A stretch of 64,000 nt of DNA, from positions 1,860,001-1,924,000 of the forward strand of contig OZ251236.1 of assembly GCA_965240325.2 (NCBI GenBank), given 5' to 3'. The stretch comes from Rebecca billardiae RCC1528. Taxonomy: Eukaryota > Protista > Haptophyta. The first letter of the stretch is position 1; every line of letters begins with the position of its first letter. The notes beneath the pieces were generated by a model. That model made no database searches, had not been told where the DNA came from, and worked only from the letters and a program-made list of their open reading frames with translations. This document shows positions 10,697 through 20,667 of this stretch, in pieces. Both the position numbers and the translations under genes were made by a program.

Positions 10697-12883
10697 TCAT
10701 TCCGCGGTATTTAGCGTGAGGCAGGCGAGCATCGCCGACTGCGGCACGCTCACCTTGCCGAACGTCTTCATCCGCTTCTTGCCCGCCGCCTGCTTGAGCA
10801 GCAGCTTCTTCTGCCGCGAGACGTCGCCGCCGTAGCACTTGGCGGTCACGTCCTTGCGGTACGGCGCGATGTGCGCGGCGGCGATCACCTTGGCGCCGAT
10901 CGCCGCCTGGATCGGCACCTTGAACTGCTGGCGCGGGATGAGCTCCTTGAGCCGCGCCGTGAGCTTGCGCCCGAGCCGCTCCGCCTCCTCCCTGTGCACG
11001 ATCATCGAGAGCGGGCCCGCGCGCTCCCCGTTCACGAGCACGTCCAGCTTGACGAGGTGCGCGCGCCTGTAGCCCGCCAGCTTGTACTCGAGCGAGGCGT
11101 ACCCGCGCGTGCGCGACTTGACGCGGTCGAAGAAGTCGGTGAAGACCTCGGCGAGGGGCAGCTCGTACCGCAGCAGCGTGCGCCCCTCGGCCGCGGGCTG
11201 CATGTCCACGAACGCGCCCCTGCTCTCCTGGCACAGCTCCATCAGCGCGCCCGCGTACTCGAAGGGCGCGAGCATCTCCGCGCCCACGAACGGCTCGTAC
11301 ACGGCCTCGATGGAGCCAACCTCGGGGAAGCGGTCGGGCGAGGTGATGAGCACCACCGCGCCGCCGCCGCCCTCGTCGGGCTGATCGGCGGCACTGCTGC
11401 CGCCGCTGCGCACGTCGCGCCCTTCGGGCGGCACCGTTCCCGTGCAGGGCTGGGCGGAGGGCTGGGCGGAGGGCAGGGTCGGGTCGCACCCCTCGGGAAG
11501 CACCGCGCCCGTGCCCGCCAGCTCGGCCGCGGGCTGCACGCCGGGCTTGAGCCGCACGCGGTAGCCGACGGAGGGCGAGGTGACGATGAGCTCGAGCCCG
11601 TGCTCCCGCTCCAGCCGCTCCTGCACCACCTCCATGTGCAGCAGCCCGAGGAAGCCGCAGCGGAAGCCGGCGCCGAGCGCGTCTGAGGAGTCTGGCGCCC
11701 AGCGCAGCGCTGCGTCGTTGAGCGACAGCCGGCCCAGGCCGTCGCGCAGCGCCTCGAAGCGCGCGGCGTCGGCGGGGAAGAGGCCGCAGTGCACCATGGC
11801 CTGCGGCTCCGCGTACCCCGGCAGCGCCTCAACCTCGGCCGCGTGCCGCGCGAGCGTCACCGTGTCCCCGACGCGCGCGTGCGTGAGGTGCTTGATGGCG
11901 CCGCACACGAAGCCCACCTCGCCCGCGCGCAGGGCGGCCACGGGCGTGGGGCCGGGGGACATGACGCCGACCTCGGTCGCGTCGTACTCGGTGCCCGAGT
12001 TGATGAAGCGCAGCGCGTCGCGCGCGCGCAGCTCGCCGTCCACCACGCGCAGGAACGCCACCACCCCCTTGTAGCTGTCGTAGTGCGAGTCGAAGATGAG
12101 CGCGCGCAGCGGGCGCGCGCGGCCGCCCGGCGGCGGCGGCGGCACGCGCGTCACGATCGCCTCGAGCACGTCGTCGATGCCGTGGCCGAGCTTGGCGGAG
12201 CAGTGCAGCGCGTCGGCGCAGTCGATCGCCAGCGTGCCCTCCACGTCCGCCGCCGTGCGCGCCACGTCCGCCGTGGGCAGGTCCACCTTGTTGAAGACGG
12301 GCACGATCTCGAGGTTGTGCCGCAGCGCCAGCTGCACGTTGGCGACCGTCTGCGCCTGCACGCCCTGCGAGGCGTCGACGACGAGGAGCGCGCCCTCGCA
12401 CGCGAGGAGCGCGCGGCTCACCTCGTACGAGAAGTCGACGTGCCCCGGCGTGTCGATCAGGTTGAGCACGTACGGCTGGCCGTCGCGCGCGGTGTACTCC
12501 ATGCGCGCGCTCTGCAGCTTGACCGTGATCCCACGCTCGCGCTCGACGTCCAGGGTGTCGAGCACCTGCTCGCGCATCGCCGAGCCGGAGATCGTGCCCG
12601 TGCGCTCGAGCAGCCGGTCCGCCAGCGTCGACTTGCCGTGGTCCACGTGCGCGATGATCGAGAAGTTGCGCAGCCGAGACTCGTCCACCAGCTCGTCCGC
12701 GGCGGCGCGCGCGGCCGCCTCGTCGCCGCGCGGCGCGGCGGCCTGCGACAGGCCTCGCCTCGCGGGGCCCACGGCGCGTGCGGGCCACGCCAGCGCGCGC
12801 CGCGCCGCGAGGGTGCCCACCGCGCGCCTCGCCACCGAGGTGTGCACGACCTGCCGCCTGCTCGCGACGCGTGTCGCCATCAT
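10697..12883 (-). CDS. GUF1: Translation factor GUF1/LepA (EF4), organellar
   Basis: RNFSIIAHVDHGKSTLADRL, ERERGIT, LIDTPGHVDFSYEVSR, NKVD, GFRCGFLGLLHMEVVQERLERE, KCYGGD..KGKKRMK-type C-terminus; Arg/Ala-rich N-terminal extension. Confidence 0.96.
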   Translation of the reverse strand: MMATRVASRRQVVHTSVARRAVGTLAARRALAWPARAVGPARRGLSQAAAPRGDEAAARAAADELVDESRLRNFSIIAHVDHGKSTLADRLLERTGTISGSAMREQVLDTLDVERERGITVKLQSARMEYTARDGQPYVLNLIDTPGHVDFSYEVSRALLACEGALLVVDASQGVQAQTVANVQLALRHNLEIVPVFNKVDLPTADVARTAADVEGTLAIDCADALHCSAKLGHGIDDVLEAIVTRVPPPPPGGRARPLRALIFDSHYDSYKGVVAFLRVVDGELRARDALRFINSGTEYDATEVGVMSPGPTPVAALRAGEVGFVCGAIKHLTHARVGDTVTLARHAAEVEALPGYAEPQAMVHCGLFPADAARFEALRDGLGRLSLNDAALRWAPDSSDALGAGFRCGFLGLLHMEVVQERLEREHGLELIVTSPSVGYRVRLKPGVQPAAELAGTGAVLPEGCDPTLPSAQPSAQPCTGTVPPEGRDVRSGGSSAADQPDEGGGGAVVLITSPDRFPEVGSIEAVYEPFVGAEMLAPFEYAGALMELCQESRGAFVDMQPAAEGRTLLRYELPLAEVFTDFFDRVKSRTRGYASLEYKLAGYRRAHLVKLDVLVNGERAGPLSMIVHREEAERLGRKLTARLKELIPRQQFKVPIQAAIGAKVIAAAHIAPYRKDVTAKCYGGDVSRQKKLLLKQAAGKKRMKTFGKVSVPQSAMLACLTLNTAE

Positions 12884-12970
12884 GCGGAGGCACCCCTCCC
12901 GCTCGGCCTCGGTCTTGCTCGGTCCGTCACGCACTCACGCCCGGGCCCGCGCGGCTCGTGCACCTGCACG

Positions 12971-14443
12971 ATGGCGGACACCGACGCGACGGCACGCGCG
13001 CTGGGGGACCTCCCGCCCGAGCTGATCGAGCGCATCCTCGGCTTCCTCGACCCGCCCGACCTGGCGCGCGCGAATGGTGCCTCGCGCCTCTTCCGCGGCG
13101 CCCCCGGCGACCGCTCGCCGGTCGAGCACGCGCTGCGCGAGCGCGCGCGCGCCCGCGGCCACGAGCGCACCCTGCGCACCGCGCGGCCAGACGGCGAATG
13201 CACGTGGACGGAGGAGCTGTTCGCGCGAGAGGCCGTGCTCGGGCTTGCAAACGCGCACGCGCTCGTGGTGGCCGTCGGCTCGCGCCGGGATCGATGCTTC
13301 AGCGCATTTGTGGACGTGGAGGGCGGGCTGCACGCGTGCGGTGAGGGCCCCCCCAATGCACAGCAGTTGCTGTGCTGCGAGCTGCTCGGCCTGGGAGTGG
13401 CTGCCGGGCATTCGGTCGTCGCGCCGACTCGCGTAACCTCGCTCGGCGCGGCGCGTGTGCGCTCCGTCGCCGCTGGCTCCCTCCACCTGCTCGCGCTGAG
13501 CGAGGCCGGTGCCGTGTACGGCTGCGGCGATAACAGGTACGGCCAGCTCGGGCTGGGCGACAGGACCATGCACCGGGGCGTTGCACGCGTCGAGGCACTG
13601 GCGGGCGTGCTCGCTGTCGGCATTGCCGCGGGGGCCAATCATAGCCTCGCGCTCACGGCTGCGGGCTGCGCGTACAGCTGGGGCTACAACCAGTACGGCC
13701 AGCTCGGCCACGGCGACACGGCAAACCGGCTGGCGCCGACGCGCATCGAGGCGCTGGACGGCGTGCGCGTGGGTGGCGTGGCCGCGGCCGGCTTTCACAC
13801 TCTGCTGCTCTCAACCAGCGGCGCCGTGTACTCGTGCGGCTGCGGCTGCTACGGCCAGCTCGGCCACGCCTCCACGAGGGACCAGTGGAGCCCGCGCCGC
13901 ATCGAGGCGTCCGCGCGCTGTGCGGAGCCGCCGGCTGCTGTGCGCGCCGTGCATGTGGACACAGCCGTTGCGCACAGCCTGCTGGTGGACGCCGCCGGCA
14001 ACGTGCACTCGTTCGGCCTCGGCAGTGCGGGGGCGCTCGGGCACGACGATCGCTCCGTGCTGAGCCGGCCCCGGCGCGTCGAGGCGCTGGCTGGTGTGCG
14101 CGCCGTGCGCGCGAGCTGTGGCCTCCACGGCAGCGCGGTGGTGTGCGCGGACGGCAGCGTGCGCGTGTTTGGGACCAACGGCAGCGGCGAGCTCGGCGTG
14201 GGCGAGGCGGTCGCGCTCGGCGGCGTGACCGAGCCTGTGCGCGTGGACGCCTTCGGGCACGCGCGCGTGGTGGCGTGCTCGCTCGACGAAGCGCGCTCCC
14301 TGTACGTGACGGCGGACGGCGCCGTGCACGCGTGCGGCGAGCAGTCGGCCGCGCTCGGCCTCGGCGTGGGCGCGACCGCGGGAGCCCGCGCCGTGCGCAC
14401 GCCCACTCGGCTCGAAGGGCTGCCTCGAGTGCACGCGCGCTAG
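12971..14443 (+). CDS. F-box plus RCC1-repeat protein
   Basis: LGDLPPELIERILGFLDPPDL (F-box) followed by several RCC1 repeats (VAAGSLHLLALSEAGAVYGCGDNRYGQLG; IAAGANHSLAL...YSWGYNQYGQLGHG). Confidence 0.9.
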   Translation: MADTDATARALGDLPPELIERILGFLDPPDLARANGASRLFRGAPGDRSPVEHALRERARARGHERTLRTARPDGECTWTEELFAREAVLGLANAHALVVAVGSRRDRCFSAFVDVEGGLHACGEGPPNAQQLLCCELLGLGVAAGHSVVAPTRVTSLGAARVRSVAAGSLHLLALSEAGAVYGCGDNRYGQLGLGDRTMHRGVARVEALAGVLAVGIAAGANHSLALTAAGCAYSWGYNQYGQLGHGDTANRLAPTRIEALDGVRVGGVAAAGFHTLLLSTSGAVYSCGCGCYGQLGHASTRDQWSPRRIEASARCAEPPAAVRAVHVDTAVAHSLLVDAAGNVHSFGLGSAGALGHDDRSVLSRPRRVEALAGVRAVRASCGLHGSAVVCADGSVRVFGTNGSGELGVGEAVALGGVTEPVRVDAFGHARVVACSLDEARSLYVTADGAVHACGEQSAALGLGVGATAGARAVRTPTRLEGLPRVHAR

Positions 14444-15273
14444 TGCTGCCCGCCCGTCACGCTCTGCTCGCGCGCGTACGCGGTGATGATGCCACCTGCG
14501 CTGGCTGCCCGCGCGCCAGATCGTCGCGCAGTGCGGCGTGCGTGCGCCCCGTGCGCGCTGGGACCGTCTCGGACTCAGGTGACAGCTCTGGCGCGGGCGG
14601 CCCCGTCGCCGCGTCGGGGCCCGGGACCGGGCCCGATCCGGGCCCGGGGCCCCTGCTGCGCGTGCTGGCTGCTGCTTTCGACTATATCACAGCAACATAA
14701 TACGTACTACGCATATACGCAGTCGTCTCATACCGCGACGCGACGACTGACGATGGTCGACCGCCGATCAGCAGATAGACGATATGTGCTGATATACGCG
14801 ACGCGCCTGATCGCGCTGCGATGTGAATTGTGATATGGCTTATTGATGCGGCGGCATGGGATCGACGACCTCGCGACCAGTCATCGACCTCGTCACGCCA
14901 TCGCGCCAATCATCATATATGATCGATCATCCGGACTATATATACTCGTTCCGGCTCGCGCGGAATGTAGTCGTCGTATATGTATAAAATATATATGTAG
15001 TATGCGCCCAGCAGCAGCTGTTGATGCTGGTCGAGTGGTCGCGTTGCGGAGTCTGTCGTTCATCAAGTTGATGCCAATGATGAAATGAATCCGAACATGC
15101 ATTGCATTTCGACGAGAAGCTGTACGAGACGGACGAGCCCATCGGCTCGCGCTCACAAAGCGCCGGCAGGAAGGTCGCGCGGCCGTGACGAGAGGTGTGC
15201 CCTCGTCACTCACGCGCGCGGCCCCTCCGCCGGCAGGTCCCCGCCCCCCTCTGCGCCGGGCTGCGCACACGCC

Positions 15274-17183
15274 TCAGTGCGCGCCGCCGTCGTCGGCGCC
15301 GCGCGCGGCGTTGTACGCCTCGGTGAAGGCGAGCTCGTCCTCGGTGAGGATGCGCCCACCCTTGGTGATGCGCCCCTGCGTGCTCAGCGTCTGCACCGCT
15401 TGCTGCGAGGTGCGCGCCCGGCGGCGCGGGCGGCGCGGGCGGCACGTGAGCGCGCGCGCGCGTCTAGGCGGGCCGCTGCGCTCCGTGCCGCCGCGCAGCT
15501 GTGCGCGCACCCGCACTTCCGCGAGGGAGATGCGCCCGCTCCCGTGCTTGTCGATCATGTCGAACAGCACGCGCAGCTCCGAGTTTTTGATGTTGCTGCG
15601 CATCTCGGGCGGGAGCTCGAAGACCTGACGTGCGCGCGCGGAGCGCGGCGCGCCGGGGGCGCGGCGTGGGCGCGCGCGCGCTCGGGCCGCGCGCGCGTGC
15701 GCGCGCGCGCGCGGCGGTGCACCTTTGTGAGTCGCATCTTCTCGATGCTTCCGGAGAGCTCGAGCTTGTCGCGCGCCGCCTTGTCCGCCATCGCCTTGCG
15801 CTGGCGCAGCGACTGCGTCTTGTACTCGAGCATCGAGCCGATGCGCTCGTCCGTCTGGTGCAGCTTCTCGTCGAGACACTCTCGCGCGTACTCGTCACGG
15901 CGGGAGTTGCGCTCGACGGTGAGGTGGCGCTCGAAGAGGCGCATCGAGAGCTCGGCGGCCTGCTGGTCGAGGCGCTCTCGGCGCTGCTGGTGGAAGCTGC
16001 TCCGGTTCTCGTCCGCCGCGAGCTGCTTCCTGTGCACCTGCTCGACGTACTTTTCGTTCTTGCGCTCGAGCGCGCGCAGCACGGTGACCACCTGCTCGCG
16101 CTTGGACGCGGCCTGCTGCGCGACCGAGCGGAGGTAGTCCTCGCGCGTGCGCACCCAGCGCTCGCGCCGCTCCTCCGACTCGGCCTCGCGCTGCTCGAAC
16201 GTCATCCGCTGCCGCCGCTGCAGCTCCTCGTGCGCGTGCTGCGCCTGCTGCACGCGCAGCTCCTGCTTGGCGCGCTTGAGCGCGTTGGCGTGCGCCGTGC
16301 GCGCCTTGAGCTCCTCCAGCCGCGCCAGCCGCTGCTCCTCGCGCTCCTCGTCCGCGCGGCGCTTCTCGGCGGCGGCCTCCTCCTTGGCGCGCAGCGAGGC
16401 CTCGAAGCGCTCCTGCCGCACGATCGCCTTGGCGCGTATCGACGCCTCCTTCATCCGCACGCTCTCGCGGTACTCCCGGGCGCGCGCCTCCTCCAGCTCG
16501 GCGCGCTTGCGCTCGGCGGAGAGCTTCTTCGACTGCAGCGAGCGGAGGCGCTTCTGCTCGTCGCGCTCGGCGCGCGCCTTCTCGAGCGCGGTGCGGCGCT
16601 GCTGCTCCGCGAACTCCGCGCGGCGGCGCTCCACCTCCCTGCGCAGCTCCTCCGCGCGCTCGGCGTCCTTGGTGTTGCGCTCGTCTCGCTCGTCCAGGAT
16701 GCGCTGCCGCTTGATCTCAAAGAGGATCATCTGCTCGATCTCCTCCTGCTGCTTGGCCTGCATGGCCTGCAGCTGCACCTGGTCGCGGTGCACGGCGGAC
16801 GAGTTGAGCTGCTCGAACCGCTTCGCGCGCTGGATCTCCGCCGTGCTCTTGATCGGCGAGGGCGAGCTCTGCGCGCGCGGCGCGTACGCAAACACGGACG
16901 TCTCGCCGATACCGTCCTCCTCCTTGGCGATGATGCGGTCGCGCTCCTCGTTCACCCTGCGCAGCGACTGCTGGCGGAGGCTCTCGAAGCGCTCGTACTT
17001 GATCCGCGCCACCTCCTCCGAGCGGCCCGGCTCGCGGAACGCCTCGAACGGCAGCGCGATCAGCTCGGCCGGCTCGACGCCGTGCCGCTTGCACGCCTCG
17101 ACCGAGCGCGGCGTGAGCGGCGGCACGGCGGAGCGCGAGGCCGGGCTCTGGAGCAGTGCCATGGCGCTAGAGCCGGGCGGCAT
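15274..17183 (-). CDS. Long coiled-coil protein with C-terminal EF-hand; introns 15625-15722 and ~15403-15516
   Basis: N-terminal TPRSVEACKRHGVEPAEL, E/R/K-rich heptads, and after splicing ELRVLFDMIDKHGSGRISLAE. The last acceptor is less certain. Confidence 0.78.
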
Positions 17184-17657
17184 GCTGCCTCGTGCCGCGC
17201 CGGTGTGCGCACTCGGTACCGGCGCGGCGGGTCAGGGCGTGCGCGCCGCAGCAAGTCCCGCCGCCTGCCTGGGCGATGGCGCGCGTCTCGAGACGCACTG
17301 CTTGCGGAAGAAACAGTCGTCTGTGTTTGCGCGCGTAACCACCTTCGTTTTTCCACTCGCGTGCTGCCGTCGTCGTCGGTCGCGAAAAATGGCGCGGGTC
17401 GACAGAAAATGTCAAAATGAAGCTCGGGGGCGGTCGTTTTTCATGTAGGCCGGAGGATTTCTATTTTCTGCTTTCGTCGTCCAGTGGGCAACGGGTGGCA
17501 TTCCCATCGAATGCGCGCGCTGCCGCCGTCGACGCTGCGACACGAGCCACACTCGAGGTGACGGGCCTACTTGCAGGCTGGCCCTCACGCCGTCGCGCTT
17601 CGCGACGCGGCCTCCCACTGCGAGGCGGTCCGATCGCTCCTGTCAGGCTGACACTGG

Positions 17658-18449
17658 CTAGTCGTCATTCTCGTCGTGGTCCTCGTCGATCACGACCGCG
17701 ACCGCGAGCACGGCGGCGGCGTCCACGCCCGCGGCCACCTCGACCTGGTACTGGTCGACGTCGTTGAAGAACTCGATCAGATTGCGCCCCACGCGCGCGA
17801 CGACCTGCCCGCCATCCTCGCGCGTGAACGTGTACTTGCGCTGCGAGAAGGAGCCCGACGCCTTCAGCGTGCACGACGGCCGCTCGCCCTGCTCGTACAC
17901 AAACTTGTAGCACGGCGAGAGCGAGAAGAGCTCGCGCTCGATGCGCGCGATGCAGCGGCCGTCGCGGTACAAGTCATAGCACGTGCTCGCGGCGACGATG
18001 CGCCGCTCGACGGAGAACTCCTCGCCCGCCGCGCTGTCGGTCGGCTTGAAGTAGAGCTTGTCGAGCACCGCGCCGCCGATGTTGAGGTTTGCGCCCGAGA
18101 TGGTGATCACCTCGCGGCCGGACGCGTCGCGCACGCGGAAGTCCTCGCCGCTCAGCGAGAGGAGCTTCTCCTGCAGCACGTAGTGCGCCGCCTCGCCCTT
18201 CACCAGGCCCGGCAGGAGCGGCGCGCGCGGAGGCTGCTGCTTCTCCAGCTCGCCGCCACCCCAGATGTCGGCAAAGAGGTTCATGCCGGACTCGGCGCGG
18301 GTCGCCGAGGGCGGGCGAGCGAGCCATCCACCCGGCGATCGCACCCGCCCACGCGGGCCCGGTCGCCTCGTCGCCGCGGCGGCCGCCGGACGAGACGCGA
18401 GGGCGAGGGCCGCCAGCACGCCCAGGAGCCGGGCCGCCATCGCCGCCAT
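17658..18449 (-). CDS. LURP-one / Tubby C-like (scramblase superfamily) protein with bipartite-type presequence
   Basis: YVLQEKLLSLSGEDFRVRD...ASGSFSQRKYTF...VVARVGR...DQYQVEVAAGVDAAAVLAVAVVIDE is the LURP-one/LOR pattern; hydrophobic signal followed by an R/P/S-rich stretch. Confidence 0.85.
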   Translation of the reverse strand: MAAMAARLLGVLAALALASRPAAAAATRRPGPRGRVRSPGGWLARPPSATRAESGMNLFADIWGGGELEKQQPPRAPLLPGLVKGEAAHYVLQEKLLSLSGEDFRVRDASGREVITISGANLNIGGAVLDKLYFKPTDSAAGEEFSVERRIVAASTCYDLYRDGRCIARIERELFSLSPCYKFVYEQGERPSCTLKASGSFSQRKYTFTREDGGQVVARVGRNLIEFFNDVDQYQVEVAAGVDAAAVLAVAVVIDEDHDENDD

Positions 18450-18531
18450 CGCGCCTCCTCGGTATTTTCCCACCCCGCGACGGTGGACCCGTCCGCCCGC
18501 CAAGCAGCTGAAGTCTAAAAAGGCTGCCGCG

Positions 18532-19921
18532 ATGGCGAGCGGCACCGCCGCCAGCCTCGGCGGGCCGGCCGCGGCCGTGCTCGGCCGGCTGCTGCAGGAT
18601 GGCGCCGCGGACGCGTCGGGCCTGATCGGTGGGCTCACGACCGTCGGCGTCGTGCTGCTCATCGCGTTCTTCATCTTCTGGAACTCGTTCTACATCGTGC
18701 ACCAGGCGGAGGGGATGGTGATCGAGCGGTTCGGCAAGTTCAACAAGGTGCTGCTCTCCGGGTGGAACTGGGTGATCCCCTTCATCGACCAGCCGCGTTC
18801 GATCACGTGGCGCAAGACGCACGTCGGCGTCGACGGCCGGCTCGAGGACGAGACCATCAACCAGACGCGCATCGACCTGCGCGAGTCGATGTTCAACTTC
18901 ATGCGGCAGGAGGTGTACACGCGCGACACCGTGCTGCTCGACGTGAACTCGCTCATGTTCTATCGCATCTTCGACATCAAGAAGGCGACGTACGAGGTCG
19001 AGGACCTGCAGTCGGCGCTCTCGAACACCGCGCAGACCCAGCTCAAGGAGGTCTTTGGCAAGATGACGTTCACGGAGGCGCTCGCCTCGCAGCGCTCGAT
19101 CAACGAGCACCTCGTGCAGCAGTTCTCCAAGCTCTTCCTCGGCTGGGGCATCCACGTGGAGCGCATGGAGCTGCTCGACCTCGTGCCCAAGTCGATCGGC
19201 GAGGCGATGAAGAAGCAGATGATCGCGGAGCGGCAGGTGCGCGCGCCGAGCCGGCGGGTCGCCCGGCGCCGCGCCGCGCGGCAAGCCCGCTCTTTGCGCC
19301 CGCCTGCGCCCCCTCCTGACGCGGCCGCCCTCCACGCCGCGCTGCCCCGCGCGCGCCAGCGCCGCGGCGACTTCATCCTGTCGGAGGGCAAGAAGTCGGC
19401 GATGAAGCTGCAATCGGAGGGCACCATGAAGGTGAGCGCGCCGGGAGCGGCCGGCCGCGCGGGGCGCACCGCGCGCACTGCCCTGCTGCGGCGCTCACCC
19501 ATCTGGCCGCGCGCGCCGCCGCGTCCGCCCACGCGCGCGCGCGCAGGTGCAAATCAACATGGGCATCGCCGAGCAGCAGAACACGCGCAAGGTGTCCGAG
19601 GGCGAGAAGGACGCGAAGATCGAGCTGGCGCGCGCCGAGCGTGCCGCGCTCGAGGAGATGGGCGCCGCGATGCGCGAGGACAACATCCGGCAGAGCGACT
19701 ACATGCTCTCGCAGCGGTACAACGACCTGCTGCGCACGTGCAGCACCGTCAAGGAGAACACCATCTACCTGCCCTTCGAGGCGCACAGGCTGGGCGGGCT
19801 GATCGGCTCGCTGCACAGGGTGTACGGCGAGGAAGGACCGCGCTCGGCGCCGACGCGCAAGGTCAGTGCCGCCCAGCTCGAGGCCGCAGGGGTCGGCGGC
19901 GACGACTCGGCGCTTGATTGA
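18532..19921 (+). CDS. SPFH/band-7 (stomatin-like) membrane protein; introns 19237-19359 and 19432-19546
   Basis: N-terminal TM, then IVHQAEGMVIERFGKFNKVL, IDLRE, QEVYTRD, WGIHVERMEL, AMKKQMIAER|RR..IL.SEG. Confidence 0.92.
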
Positions 19922-20667
19922 GAGTTGCGACGACGCAGCCTACGCTCAGTCGCGCAGGGCGGTATACTATTAAATTCCGCCGGCGGTGGCGGCGGTAGTA
20001 GCGCAGCAGTAGCCGGTCGACTACTACTATGTTGTCGTCGCGTCAGTACCAGTGCCGGCCGCGGGGCCGCCGCCGCGGCCCGCGGATCCCGGTGGCGATC
20101 TGCCGCCCATGCAGCGGCCGTCCGCCCGAGCGGAGTGCCCGGCCGAGTCCGAGCCCGAGGGCGAGTCGGGCCCCGGCCGGCACCGCAGCCGAGCCGACGG
20201 AGTGCCGTGACGGACTCCCGTCGGACGACGACCCGCGTCACCGGTACCGCCGCGCCACGCCCACCGGACCCGTCACCCGGGGCCGGGCGGTACGGTCCCG
20301 CGGCTCGGTGCGGCGGACAGCACGACGGCGAGTGAGCCGTGACTCGGGCGGCCACGACGCGGCACGACTGCCACTACTGTCGTAGTAGTGGACGACTAGC
20401 TTAGTAGTACACGCCTGGCCCTTAGATGGAGACGAGTATACCGTATCACAGCACGACTCTATAAGTGATGAAGCTGTCAGCACTGACTCTCTGCCGAGTC
20501 ACTGTCAGCAGGATGGCTCGGCAAAGACGACCCGTAAGTGCTATATATATGGCGCGCGGATCTGATTCGTCTGCTCAAACTGCGCTCGGCAGCAGCATCA
20601 TATATATATATATATAACTGCGCGACACGGGGGCCCGCCTACCTACGCGCGACCGCCCCAGCGTCGA

